Notes under the pieces: model-generated | Told to the model about the DNA's origin: nothing | Databases searched by the model: none | Seen by the model: only the letters and a program-made list of their open reading frames with translations | Shown here: in pieces, positions 38,006-47,765 of the stretch | Layout of the letters: each line of letters starts with the position of its first letter | Numbering within the stretch: the first letter of the stretch is position 1 | Assembly: GCA_965197635.1 (NCBI GenBank) | Contig: CBDANN010000005.1 | Span: forward strand, 346,944-410,943 | Origin: Dehalococcoidia bacterium | GTDB taxonomy: Bacteria > Chloroflexota > Dehalococcoidia > Lucifugimonadales > UBA3495 | Length of the DNA: 64,000 bases | Direction of reading: 5' to 3' | Program-made: the position numbers and the translations under genes

Positions 38006-39970
38006 ATGACCCGCAGTAGTTTGTTCCGGTTGCCGGTGCTTTTGATTGCCCTGACGCTGGTGGCAGCGCTATTCATTGTGGGGTGCGGCGGAGCTGAAGA
38101 AGCCCCCGCTCCACAGGCCGCCCCAGCCACTCAAGCTGCGGCCGCCGCACCTCAGCAGGCCGCTTCTACTGCGGCGCCGGCCGCAGCAGCGCCCGCGCCG
38201 GCCCAGCCCCCGGCGACATCGGCGCCCACCAGGCCATCCTTCGTTGCCTCAACCCCGGTTGCCGAAGCCACTCCAACGCCCGAAACGGCAGCACGCACCG
38301 GTGAACTCCAAACCAAGGACCTCATCTTCCTGTTCTCGCAACAAACCCGCCAGGGCATTATGGATTGTGATGTCACCGGCAGCGCGACCAGTCAACACCG
38401 GCCATCCCATGAATTCATGCTGGACGCCGACCGCTACACCGGCGCGCTGGTTCCCCAACTCTCCACCGACTGGAGCGTCAGCGATGACGGACGAACCTGG
38501 AACTTCAAGCTACGCGAGGAGGTCAACTTTCACTTCGGGTACGGCGAGTTCACCGCGCACGATATCGTGAATTCGCTGAACTATTACACCAACCCGGCGT
38601 GCGGGGCCTCTTACTCCGACTACTTCCGCACCAACCCCCAGGCGTTGCCCGAAGTCGTGAGCGACCACGAAATCAACATCGCCATGGGCGCCAGGCCCGA
38701 GTTGATTTTCGACTATTGGATTTCCGGTTATCGTGGCTTGCCCATGTCCAGCAAGGCCCAATGGGATACGGGATGCCCCAATGGAGAAGCCGATTACGAG
38801 ACCTTTGACGTAACGGCTCATCTCGAAGGTTACTGTTCCGCCGGAGAAGATACCCTGCTCGAGCAAGGTCCGGCTCGGTTGGGACCGTACCAATTCGCCA
38901 ATTTTGAAAAGGGCATCGGTTGGCTGTGGGAACGTGCGCCCGGAGATCATTATCGGGTCGACCCGGACTGGGACTCCATTGAAATCAAGATCATTGAGGA
39001 AGCCTCCACCCGGCTCGCGGCTATGCTGGCTCGCGAGGCTCACCTCGCCACCATTGACCGCGCCCTGGTAGGGCAAGCATTGGACTCCGGCTTGGACGTT
39101 GCCGAAAGCCAGGTGGTCGCCGTGAACAGCATGATGGTCTTCGGCGGGCTCTACTATTCGACCAAAGAGGGAGCGGCGTTCGACCCATATTCGGCCGCCT
39201 CGTACGATGCCACGGTTCCCTGGGCCGCCCCCGGCGAAACCGGCAAAATGGTTCGCCAAGCCATGAACAAAGCCATCGACCGCGACTCCATCCGGGAGAA
39301 CATCTTTGACGGACAGGGCGCGGAGGGCCGCGTCGCCGGCCTTATTCCCAGCGCCGAGGCCTTCGGCGGCGAATACGCCGGTTACAACCCCGATTGGGAA
39401 AGCAATTGGGCAGACCTGTACGGCTACGACCCGGAGGCCGCCAGAGAGTTGTTGGCAGAGGCCGGCTATCCCAACGGGTTCCACGTGCCCATTATCAGCT
39501 ACACCATGAGCGGCCTGCCCGAAATGAAAGACTACGTGGTGGCCATCGCCGCAATGTGGGAGAACATCGGACTGGAAACCGAAATCCTCGAGATGGAGTT
39601 CTCCGCCTGGCGGTCGGAGTATCGCGGCGCCACCACCAACTGCTGCGTCTATCCCTTCCGCGGCTACGCTGAGCCGCCGCACCCGACCATCCACTTTGCC
39701 TACAGTCCGGAAAGGTTCATGCGGTTCTACGTCAGCGACACTGCCTGGGAAAATACCTACAAGGCCCTGAACTCCCTCAATTTTGAGGAGCAGTTGGGCT
39801 ATTGGCACGCCGTCACCGACGAGTTGTTCTACGAGGTGGCCTCCATCCCGCTGCATACGCTGTCGGTGCAGGTGGTCATTGACCCCGAAGTGGTGGAAGA
39901 GTACATCTACCTTGGCCCCTACGGCGGTCAGTTCACCGACTTGGAGCACATCAAAGGAGTACGCTACTGA
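38006..39970 (+). CDS. family-5 ABC substrate-binding lipoprotein (cassette 3)
   Basis: 654 aa. Lipobox FIVGC and Ala/Pro-rich linker. A more diverged paralog of 33717... Confidence 0.9.
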   Translation: MTRSSLFRLPVLLIALTLVAALFIVGCGGAEEAPAPQAAPATQAAAAAPQQAASTAAPAAAAPAPAQPPATSAPTRPSFVASTPVAEATPTPETAARTGELQTKDLIFLFSQQTRQGIMDCDVTGSATSQHRPSHEFMLDADRYTGALVPQLSTDWSVSDDGRTWNFKLREEVNFHFGYGEFTAHDIVNSLNYYTNPACGASYSDYFRTNPQALPEVVSDHEINIAMGARPELIFDYWISGYRGLPMSSKAQWDTGCPNGEADYETFDVTAHLEGYCSAGEDTLLEQGPARLGPYQFANFEKGIGWLWERAPGDHYRVDPDWDSIEIKIIEEASTRLAAMLAREAHLATIDRALVGQALDSGLDVAESQVVAVNSMMVFGGLYYSTKEGAAFDPYSAASYDATVPWAAPGETGKMVRQAMNKAIDRDSIRENIFDGQGAEGRVAGLIPSAEAFGGEYAGYNPDWESNWADLYGYDPEAARELLAEAGYPNGFHVPIISYTMSGLPEMKDYVVAIAAMWENIGLETEILEMEFSAWRSEYRGATTNCCVYPFRGYAEPPHPTIHFAYSPERFMRFYVSDTAWENTYKALNSLNFEEQLGYWHAVTDELFYEVASIPLHTLSVQVVIDPEVVEEYIYLGPYGGQFTDLEHIKGVRY

Positions 39971-40013
39971 CGCCATCAACCTGACGCGGTTGTTTGCTCA
40001 GTCCTTGTCATCT

Positions 40014-40050
40014 TCCGGCATCGTTCACTCTCGGGTTGAACGATGCCGGA
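40014..40050 (+). other. 14-bp-stem hairpin after the binding-protein gene (cassette 3)
   Basis: TCCGGCATCGTTCA-N9-TGAACGATGCCGGA, a perfect inverted repeat 44 nt after the stop codon. Confidence 0.5.
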
Positions 40051-40089
40051 GCAATCTCGTTCCTGTCGTAATAAAGTCGGAGCGCACCG

Positions 40090-41010
40090 ATGCAACGTTA
40101 CATCCTACGGCGGATAGCCCAGGGCATCCTGGCCATATTCGTCATCAGCACTATCACCTTCGCGCTGGCCCGCGTGTCCGGCGACCCGCTCAACGTGCTG
40201 CTGCCCGAAGAAGCCTCCGAAGAGCAGATTGAGCTGACCAAGAAGGAGTGGGGCCTGGACAAGCCGCTCCATATGCAGTACCTGCTGTACTTGGGCAAAC
40301 TGTTCCAGGGCGACATGGGCGAAGCCTTGGCCTGGCCCAACTCGACGGCCGGCGAACTGATTGTGGAGCGGCTGCCCAATACCATCAAACTGTCGGCGCT
40401 GGCTCTGGTAGTGAGCGGCATCATCGCGTTTCCCATCGGCGTGCTGGTGGCCGTCAAGAAGGACACGCCCTTTGACTACGGCGGCAAGCTGTTCGCCATC
40501 CTGGGCCAATCCGCCCCGTCTTTCGCGGTGGGGTTGATTCTGATGTGGATTTTTGCAGTCCAGCTCAATATCTTCCCCACATCTGGCAGCGGGGGTATCG
40601 AGTACATGATTCTGCCGGCGCTGGCCTTGGGCTACTACAACGTAGCAGCATTGATGCGCCTCACCAGATCCTCGATGCTGGAAGTATTAGACACCGAGTA
40701 CGTGAAACTGGCCAGAATCAAGGGCGTGGCCGAATGGAAAGTGATTTGGAAACATTGTTTTCGCAACGCCCTGATCGTTCCCCTGACTTACTTTGGTCTG
40801 ATTGGAGCCGTCCTGATCACCGGTTCGGTGGTCATCGAAACAGTTTTCGCATGGCCTGGGCTGGGAGCGCTGGTGATTGACGCCATCCTCTTCCGCGACT
40901 ACGTGGTTGTGCAAGCCGTCGTGTTGTTGTTCGCCACGGCGTTTGTAATCATCAACATCATGGTTGACGTGCTCTACGCCTACATTGACCCACGCATCAG
41001 GTATTCCTGA
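40090..41010 (+). CDS. ABC permease (DppB-like), cassette 3
   Basis: 306 aa, MQRYILRRIAQGIL N-terminus. Confidence 0.9.
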   Translation: MQRYILRRIAQGILAIFVISTITFALARVSGDPLNVLLPEEASEEQIELTKKEWGLDKPLHMQYLLYLGKLFQGDMGEALAWPNSTAGELIVERLPNTIKLSALALVVSGIIAFPIGVLVAVKKDTPFDYGGKLFAILGQSAPSFAVGLILMWIFAVQLNIFPTSGSGGIEYMILPALALGYYNVAALMRLTRSSMLEVLDTEYVKLARIKGVAEWKVIWKHCFRNALIVPLTYFGLIGAVLITGSVVIETVFAWPGLGALVIDAILFRDYVVVQAVVLLFATAFVIINIMVDVLYAYIDPRIRYS

Positions 41011-41065
41011 GGCCGGTGTGGGAATATACTCGCGAAAAGACGCAGACCATCGATTGAGGTATTAA

Positions 41066-42148
41066 ATGGCAGCGGTAATCACTCCCGACCTCGCAACTCC
41101 GGCAACTCCCCAACCCACCAGCCGAGCAGTAGCCGGACTCAAGGCGGTACGCCAATTGCCGCTTATTCCGTTGGTGATGCTGCTAATACTGCTGGTGATA
41201 CCGGCCATTTTCGCGAACCAGTTGGCTCCCCACAGCCATCGCATCGGCGTTTTGGACGACGCCAAACTGCCTCCCTTCTGGATATCAGAGAGCTATGAAG
41301 AACGCGCGGTGATCCAGCGCGCCGACCGCAACCGATTGGACCTGGAAATCGGCCTGTCCAACGCGCGGCGGAAGATTGAACGCGGAGAAGCGACTTTCCT
41401 GACCGGCGGCGAGGACGGTCAGGTTAATCCTGGCGACACCATCCGATTCCAGGCCCGAGAAGGCGGCTCCATGGAATACCCACTGGGCACCGACAAGCAA
41501 GGGCGCGACATCCTTAGCCGGATCATGCACGGGGCGCGGGTTTCCTTGATGGTGTCATGTCTTGCCATCCTGTTAGGAGGTGGGCTGGGCACCTTGTTGG
41601 GTATGCTCGCGGCCTATCGGGGCGGCAAAATCGACTCGATAATCATGCGCGTCGTGGACATCAAACTGGCCTTCCCGTCCATCCTGCTCGCCCTGGTGCT
41701 TGTCGCCGCCATCGGCGCCGGCTTCGCAACCGTCATCATCGTCATCGCCGTGTTGCTTTGGGCCAGATACGCTCGCGTGGTCCGTGGTGAGGCGCTCGCC
41801 ATCAAGCAGCAGGATTTCATCGATCGCGCCCGCGTTTCGGGCGCCTCAAACTCCCGGATTATGATGCGCCACATTTTCCCCAATTTGGTCAATACGGTGG
41901 TAGTATTAGCCACGTTGGAGGTAGGACACGTTATAATACTGGAGTCAACACTGAGTTTCCTCGGCGCCGGCATTCCTGCGCCGACCCCGGCCTGGGGAGT
42001 AATGGTGGCCGATGGCAGAGATCTGATTACCACCGCTTGGTGGATTTTCCTTTTCCCCTGCTTGGCTATCGTGCTCACCGTGCTGTCCATGAACCTGCTG
42101 GGCGACTGGCTAAGAGACAAACTAGACCCCAAATTGAGGAACATTTAG
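41066..42148 (+). CDS. ABC permease (DppC-like), cassette 3
   Basis: 360 aa, GTDKQGRDILSRIMHG motif. Confidence 0.9.
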   Translation: MAAVITPDLATPATPQPTSRAVAGLKAVRQLPLIPLVMLLILLVIPAIFANQLAPHSHRIGVLDDAKLPPFWISESYEERAVIQRADRNRLDLEIGLSNARRKIERGEATFLTGGEDGQVNPGDTIRFQAREGGSMEYPLGTDKQGRDILSRIMHGARVSLMVSCLAILLGGGLGTLLGMLAAYRGGKIDSIIMRVVDIKLAFPSILLALVLVAAIGAGFATVIIVIAVLLWARYARVVRGEALAIKQQDFIDRARVSGASNSRIMMRHIFPNLVNTVVVLATLEVGHVIILESTLSFLGAGIPAPTPAWGVMVADGRDLITTAWWIFLFPCLAIVLTVLSMNLLGDWLRDKLDPKLRNI

Positions 42149-42151
42149 GCC

Positions 42152-43195
42152 ATGACAGCTGTACAGACCGCTACCGACACCATCCTTGAGGTAAGCGACC
42201 TCAGAACCTATATCTTCACCCGCGCCGCCGTGGTGAAAGCAGTCGACGGGATCTCTTTCAACCTGAAGAAGGGCGAGACGCTCGGTATCGTGGGCGAGTC
42301 CGGATGCGGCAAGACCATGACCGCCCTGTCGCTGCTGCGCTTGGTGCCCAAACCGGCCGGCCGCATCGTCGAAGGAAAGATCGTCCTCAACGGCGAAGAC
42401 ATCCTGCAAAAAAGCGAAGACGAGATGCGCGATGTGCGCGGCCGTCAAATTTCCATGATACTGCAGGACCCGCAAACTTCTCTTAATCCGGTGTTCACCA
42501 TCGGGAACCAGTTGCGGGAAGCCCTGGGGATCGCCCACAAAGAAAACAAAAGCTCCATGCTGTCCCGCGCGGTTGACGCCCTGCGCAAAGTCAACGTAGC
42601 GGCTCCGGAGCGTCGGTTGGACGACTACCCACATCAGATGTCCGGCGGCATGAAGCAGCGCGTCGTCGGCGCCATCGCCATGTCCTGCGAGCCTGGCATC
42701 ATCATCGCCGACGAGCCCACGACCGCTCTGGACGTCACCATCCAGTTGCAGTACCTGCGCCTCCTAAAGGAGATCCAGGCAGAAACCGGGTTGGCCATCA
42801 TTTTCATTACCCACGACTTCGGCGTCGTCGCCCGTATGTGCGACCGGGTGGCCGTGATGTATGCGGGGCGCATTATTGAGCAGGGAGAAGTACGCGACAT
42901 CTTCAGCCGCCCGGCTCATCCCTACACCCAGGCGCTAATTAACTCGGTGCCCAAGCTCGAGGAGCGGGTTGATCGGCTGTTTTCGATCGAGGGACAGCCG
43001 CCGCTGTTGTCCAACTTGCCGGAAGGCTGTCGCTTTGCGCCCCGGTGCGAGTACGCCAACGAGCAATGCATCACGACTTATCCGTCTTCTATCCAGCTAA
43101 ATGATGGCCACCACGCCGATTGCTGGGCTTTGGGCCCGGACTGGCAGGGTACTCCCATAGCCGAGTTCGTCGCGCCCACCGGCACTACCGGGTAG
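42152..43195 (+). CDS. ABC oligopeptide/dipeptide-type ATP-binding protein (DppD/OppD-like)
   Basis: Walker A GESGCGKT, signature MSGGMKQR, C-terminal oligopeptide-type extension with CRFAPRC. Confidence 0.9.
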   Translation: MTAVQTATDTILEVSDLRTYIFTRAAVVKAVDGISFNLKKGETLGIVGESGCGKTMTALSLLRLVPKPAGRIVEGKIVLNGEDILQKSEDEMRDVRGRQISMILQDPQTSLNPVFTIGNQLREALGIAHKENKSSMLSRAVDALRKVNVAAPERRLDDYPHQMSGGMKQRVVGAIAMSCEPGIIIADEPTTALDVTIQLQYLRLLKEIQAETGLAIIFITHDFGVVARMCDRVAVMYAGRIIEQGEVRDIFSRPAHPYTQALINSVPKLEERVDRLFSIEGQPPLLSNLPEGCRFAPRCEYANEQCITTYPSSIQLNDGHHADCWALGPDWQGTPIAEFVAPTGTTG

Positions 43196-43248
43196 GAAGA
43201 CGCGAGCTAGCAACCTTTTGAAATCCGATTGAGGAGGTCACGTCCATC

Positions 43249-44229
43249 ATGGCAGTAGCCACCAACGATACGCTGCTTGAGGTCAACGGTCTCAAAAAGT
43301 ATTTCCCAGTAACCAAAGGTCTCATCATGATGAAGACCATCGGCTATGTGCAAGCGGTGGACGGAATTTCCTTCATCATCAAACAGGGAGAGACCCTGGG
43401 GTTGGTGGGAGAATCAGGCTGCGGCAAAACCACCACCAGCAAACTGCTGTTGCGCTTGGAGCAGCCGACCGAAGGGGAGATTTTGCTCGAGGGAGCGGAT
43501 ATAAGTACGTTCCGTGGGGCTCAATTGCAAGAGTATCGCACTACCGTACAAGCGGTATTCCAAGATCCGTGGTCTTCCCTCAGCCCACGTATGAGGGTCA
43601 AGGACATCGTTTCCGAGCCTCTGGTTGTGAACCGGAACGTTAACACCCAGGAGAAAAACGAACGGGTCGCCGAAGTATTGGCGCAGGTCGGCCTACACTC
43701 CCAGCAGGCGAACAACTATCCCCACGAGTTCAGCGGCGGCCAACGCCAGCGCATCGCGGTAGCGTCGGCGTTGGTGTCGTATCCCAAACTCATCGTCCTG
43801 GACGAGCCGGTTTCCGCCCTTGATGTGTCAATCCGAGCTCAGGTGATGAACCTGCTGAAAGACCTGCAGGAACAATACAACGTCAGTTATCTGCTCATCG
43901 CCCATAACTTGGCGACCGTGCGTTACATGGCGCACCAGACCGCGGTTATGTACTTGGGCCAGATTGTGGAGTTCGCAGAGACCGAGGAGTTGTACGACAA
44001 CGCGCTGCACCCTTATACCAAAGCGTTGTTCTCGGCTGCCTTGCCGTCCCACCCCGACCTGATTCGGGAAGACATCGTACTCCAGGGCGAGGTGCCGTCG
44101 CCGATCAATCCGCCCAGCGGTTGCAGATTCCACCCCCGATGCCCGTTCGCCATGCCCCAGTGCTCGGAAGAAGCGCCTGTGGACAAGGAAGTTGCGCCGG
44201 GGCACAGGGTTGCCTGCCATTTGTACTGA
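43249..44229 (+). CDS. ABC oligopeptide/dipeptide-type ATP-binding protein (DppF/OppF-like)
   Basis: Walker [10 protein letters not shown], signature FSGGQRQR, C-terminal CRFHPRC. Confidence 0.9.
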   Translation: MAVATNDTLLEVNGLKKYFPVTKGLIMMKTIGYVQAVDGISFIIKQGETLGLVGESGCGKTTTSKLLLRLEQPTEGEILLEGADISTFRGAQLQEYRTTVQAVFQDPWSSLSPRMRVKDIVSEPLVVNRNVNTQEKNERVAEVLAQVGLHSQQANNYPHEFSGGQRQRIAVASALVSYPKLIVLDEPVSALDVSIRAQVMNLLKDLQEQYNVSYLLIAHNLATVRYMAHQTAVMYLGQIVEFAETEELYDNALHPYTKALFSAALPSHPDLIREDIVLQGEVPSPINPPSGCRFHPRCPFAMPQCSEEAPVDKEVAPGHRVACHLY

Positions 44230-44262
44230 CCCCTCTGATTTGGCACCGCCGCCAAACAAATC

Positions 44263-44289
44263 GCGCCGCGACCAGATTGGTTGCGGCGC
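44263..44289. terminator. candidate bidirectional terminator hairpin between convergent genes
   Basis: GCGCCGC-N13-GCGGCGC between the ATPase stop (44229) and the beta-propeller gene stop (44316). The T-tract is weak. Confidence 0.3.
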
Positions 44290-44315
44290 TCTCGATTCTA
44301 ATTTGCGTTGGCTGG

Positions 44316-46103
44316 TTATTCGATGCCAAATACGGTCCCATCAGACGTTCGGACGATCAGCAAGCCATTGCTAACCACCGGCGGGATCCTGATCCTCGAA
44401 CCCAAGTTGAGGGTCCAACTCGCCGCTCCAGTTTCCCGATCCAACGAATACAAATTGCCGTCATCGTCACCAAAAATGAGTTGGTCTTTCACAATCAACG
44501 GCGACGCCCAAATCTCATCGCTCGCCGCAAATGTCCACAGCGGGGAACCATCCGTGGCATCAAGGGCATACATGTTGTGGTCATGGCCACCGACGTACAA
44601 CACGTCTCCGCTTTCGTCATTGGCCAACGCTGGGCTGCTTTTCACTCCCTGCAAGGGATTTTCCGGCGTGAATCTCCACAAACCGCCCTGTTGACCCTTG
44701 GGACGTGGCACGCCCGGGACCTGCCAAAGCCACAGTTGCGCCCAAAGCTGCTTGAACTGATAAAGGCCGGGGATTTCGCGTATCTTGGCATCCACCGCGA
44801 ATAACTGTCCGCCCGAAGGGAAGTAGGCTCGCTCGCCATCTGCGGATATCACCGGGGAGCCGGTGATGGCCCGCGGCGTCCGATAGCGGAACCATTCTTG
44901 ACCGGTACGGGCAGACAGGATGTAAAAAATCCCCTTCTCGTCGCCGACGAACAATCGCCCGTCATGAATAGCGACGGCGTCGCCGGCATTGCTCTCCAGC
45001 TGGGTTCTCCAGATCAGCGTCCCGGCCAGCGCGTCCAGCGCGTACACCCAACCTTCGCCGGAACTGATGAACACCAAGCCATCGACGACCACGGGCGAAG
45101 TTTCTACCGTATCTTCAGCCGGGAAACTCCAGCGGACGTGACCATCGTAGGCGTCCCAGGAACTGACGGTATGGTCGGTACTGCCAAAAAACAGATGCAA
45201 ACCTACCACCGCGGCCGCACCGGTAATCCGCCCTGGGGTATCTCCTTCCCATCTTTCGACGAGGGACATGTCTTGGTGAGAGAGCGCATACATACCGTTG
45301 GACGATCCAACATACACGTGAGTGTCTTGTGCCACGGGCTCTGATTCGAGCGGCTCTCCGGGGACATCGCCATTCCAGAAACTGACTTTTCCAGCCGGCG
45401 GAGGCGGACCAATCTCTACTTGTCGGCTGTGGCGCAGGTCGCGCCCGGCGGCCGACCATGAACCAGGCCCGGCGTCGATGGTCATTTGGGTTTGGGTTTT
45501 TTTGAACAAGACCACGGGATTCGGGGCGAACGGGTAATTTATCCAGATTACAAAGACCATGAACAGCGCAATGGCACAGGCCATAATGATGCGCCTCCAA
45601 GACAAACGCCGCATCAGCCAGTTCTGTCGGCGATGCTGTGCCCATGGCGGAAGCCGCACAATTACCTGGTTACACCTTTGGTTGCCGCACCGAGAACCAA
45701 CCCGTTGGTCTTCCAAGCCGCAGTACGGGCAGGTGACCAATAGATGGTCTTCGTGCAGAACATCGTCGTCCCGTGAGATCGCGGGCACATCGGTTACCCC
45801 GACATTCGCTGCGGAGAACCCCGGTCCCAACGTACCGGTTTGCGATGGGCCGACCGGAACAGAAAACGGCGCCTCGGCTTGACGCGGGCTTTCGGACGTA
45901 ATGTCTACTCGCCGTCGTGGCTCTTGGACGTTGTTCTCCAGTCGCGAAGCGTTGTCCAAGGTCCCGGAGGGCCCTGTATCGTCAAAGAGCGGGTGTTCGC
46001 TCGTCGCGGGATCAGACCGGGGAGGACCAAAAACCGGTCCGGTCTCTTCACCTCTGGGTGAACGACCTGAAATTCTGCGAAATAGGTCTCCTATACCTGC
46101 CAT
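44316..46103 (-). CDS. membrane-anchored PQQ-like (BamB-type) beta-propeller repeat protein with N-terminal zinc ribbon
   Basis: 595 aa. Disordered N-terminus, CPYCG...CGNQRC ribbon, one TM helix, then repeated ...G.L.A.D...G...W blades. Confidence 0.7.
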   Translation of the reverse strand: MAGIGDLFRRISGRSPRGEETGPVFGPPRSDPATSEHPLFDDTGPSGTLDNASRLENNVQEPRRRVDITSESPRQAEAPFSVPVGPSQTGTLGPGFSAANVGVTDVPAISRDDDVLHEDHLLVTCPYCGLEDQRVGSRCGNQRCNQVIVRLPPWAQHRRQNWLMRRLSWRRIIMACAIALFMVFVIWINYPFAPNPVVLFKKTQTQMTIDAGPGSWSAAGRDLRHSRQVEIGPPPPAGKVSFWNGDVPGEPLESEPVAQDTHVYVGSSNGMYALSHQDMSLVERWEGDTPGRITGAAAVVGLHLFFGSTDHTVSSWDAYDGHVRWSFPAEDTVETSPVVVDGLVFISSGEGWVYALDALAGTLIWRTQLESNAGDAVAIHDGRLFVGDEKGIFYILSARTGQEWFRYRTPRAITGSPVISADGERAYFPSGGQLFAVDAKIREIPGLYQFKQLWAQLWLWQVPGVPRPKGQQGGLWRFTPENPLQGVKSSPALANDESGDVLYVGGHDHNMYALDATDGSPLWTFAASDEIWASPLIVKDQLIFGDDDGNLYSLDRETGAASWTLNLGSRIRIPPVVSNGLLIVRTSDGTVFGIE

Positions 46104-46128
46104 ACGGTTGAAATCCCCAGTCTCGTTA

Positions 46129-46698
46129 TCAGTGGCCGTCCAACGTGCCGTGGACGAGCAGGTTCCTTACCGAAGGAGTCAGCGTCCGGGCGCGTTCCAG
46201 AAGCGCATCATCGCTTGCGTTCGTAATGGGGTGAGGACACATCAGGTAAGGAAAGTTGGGAACTCCCATCAGCCTGGTGTACGCTCGGGCCGTGTTCTCG
46301 AAAACCGTTGTGATAATGGTCGCCGCGGGGATGCCCTGCCGTTCCAGAGTAATTCCGTCGTGCAAACTGCCCGACGAGCAACCCCCTCAATCGCCAACAC
46401 CTGCGACGACGAAATCCGCGTTGCGGTGCAGGTCGGCCAACACTTCCGGGTATGGCGGCAGGGAAGCGCTGTGCTTGCGAGCATAAAAGATGTCGGCGAA
46501 CTCAAACTCATCGTTTAGGGCATTGGCAATAGCCCAAAGGATACGGTCTGAGTTGTTTTTGGAATTGTCCAGGAGACCCAGGCGCCCGCCGCGCATATCA
46601 ACTGGCCGCGCCGCCATCACCAGAGGGCTTTCTCCAGGGTCGAAACCGGTGGGGTCTATCAGTTGTACGGTGGTCGCGTTTCCGATTGTCATTTCCAA
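46129..46698 (-). CDS. candidate selenoprotein (single frame with in-frame UGA at 46387-46389), GrdB/UGSC-like redox motif
   Basis: ORFs 46387..46698 and 46129..46365 are in the same frame and are separated only by TGA plus 7 sense codons. The joined sequence reads ...FVVAGVGD-U-GGCSSGSLHDGITLERQGIP.... The downstream part has no ATG or RBS of its own. Confidence 0.55.
46355..46377 (-). other. candidate bacterial SECIS hairpin
   Basis: mRNA positions +10 to +32 after the UGA read UCGUCG-G-GC-AGUUU-GC-A-CGACGG. That gives a 6-bp lower stem, an internal mismatch, a 2-3 bp upper stem and a G/U-containing apical loop about 20 nt from the UGA. Confidence 0.4.
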
Positions 46699-46718
46699 AC
46701 TCCTGTTATACCCGGGCG

Positions 46719-47765
46719 CTACAGCGCATCAATGGTCGTGGTAACCGCTGGTACCCCATAGTAATTCATTATCAGCTCACTGTAGATGCCGCTGTCTCCA
46801 CCTGCCTTGATGATCAGGATTTCGTCAGGGTTGTTAATTGTCATGTGGCGGTGTTCGTCATCTCCTTCCTCCACCGACCCACTCACCATGCCCAGCCGTT
46901 TAAGCTGACCGGTGGACCGCCAAGCCCGTTCGTACAGATATTCCTGCATATCTCGGCGGCTCCAGCCCAGCCGACCCAGTAGCTCCGAGTGCCAGTGGCC
47001 CACGACCCAAACCCACTTGATATCACGCCCGAAGTAGACGCCCAATCCATGGGACGCCATTCCGTCAGCAATGGAATCCAGGAGACTCTCCGCAGTCCTT
47101 CCGTACCTGTTGCCGTGCATTGAAGGATCCTGGATCGTCGCCACTGTGACCGTGGACTGGTCGGCCGAATAGCCTTCGCTGACATGGAACGGTTCCCAAG
47201 GGCTGTTCTCTTCGTCCTCGCCGATGACAACTCCGAACTTGGTCAAACTACCCATGCAACCACGATCGAGGAGGCCGGGCCGCTGTTCGAAAACGTTGAT
47301 CAATATCAACCGCAACGCCCGACCGATGGTGGAGTTGGCCCGGTTACCCGGGCTGAACAAATTGTCCGTACAGTTCAGACCGATTTCGCGTCGGATCGGC
47401 CCATTCACAATAGTAAGCAAACCCGTCGAATTGGTGACCGCCGAGACTTCGTGGATGCAGTTAGGATCGTGTTCAAACAGAACCCGCATAGTGGCCAGCA
47501 CTATAGGGAAATAAGCCGGCAGACAACCCGCCATAACCGCGTTGGCCGCCGCCTGCTCCGCCGTCAGGACGCGCCGGCGCACCGGCACCTCGCCGAGCAC
47601 GAAATCGGGCGCCAATCCCACGGCATCCAACATCGCTTGCACCCGGTCGGAGGTAGGCGGGACTACCGGGAGGCCGTCCGTCCAGCCCCGCCGATAGCAT
47701 TCCTCAATGGCATCCAGAGTGTCAGGGTACTGATGTACCGTGGCTCTCAGCACAGGCTCAACCAA
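46719..47765 (-). CDS. conserved-looking uncharacterised protein (348 aa), operon partner of the candidate selenoprotein
   Basis: Non-repetitive, globular-looking sequence (CYRRGWTDGLPVVPPT...). Ends 20 nt before the downstream gene start. I could not name a family. Confidence 0.6.
   Translation of the reverse strand: MVEPVLRATVHQYPDTLDAIEECYRRGWTDGLPVVPPTSDRVQAMLDAVGLAPDFVLGEVPVRRRVLTAEQAAANAVMAGCLPAYFPIVLATMRVLFEHDPNCIHEVSAVTNSTGLLTIVNGPIRREIGLNCTDNLFSPGNRANSTIGRALRLILINVFEQRPGLLDRGCMGSLTKFGVVIGEDEENSPWEPFHVSEGYSADQSTVTVATIQDPSMHGNRYGRTAESLLDSIADGMASHGLGVYFGRDIKWVWVVGHWHSELLGRLGWSRRDMQEYLYERAWRSTGQLKRLGMVSGSVEEGDDEHRHMTINNPDEILIIKAGGDSGIYSELIMNYYGVPAVTTTIDAL

Noticed and set aside
38510-39979. 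489-aa minus-strand ORF, plus similar long antisense ORFs at 24135..25313, 55626..56795, 29784..30710, 34833..35720 and 59359..60318
   Set aside because: All lie opposite genes with strong family signatures and have biased shadow-frame composition.
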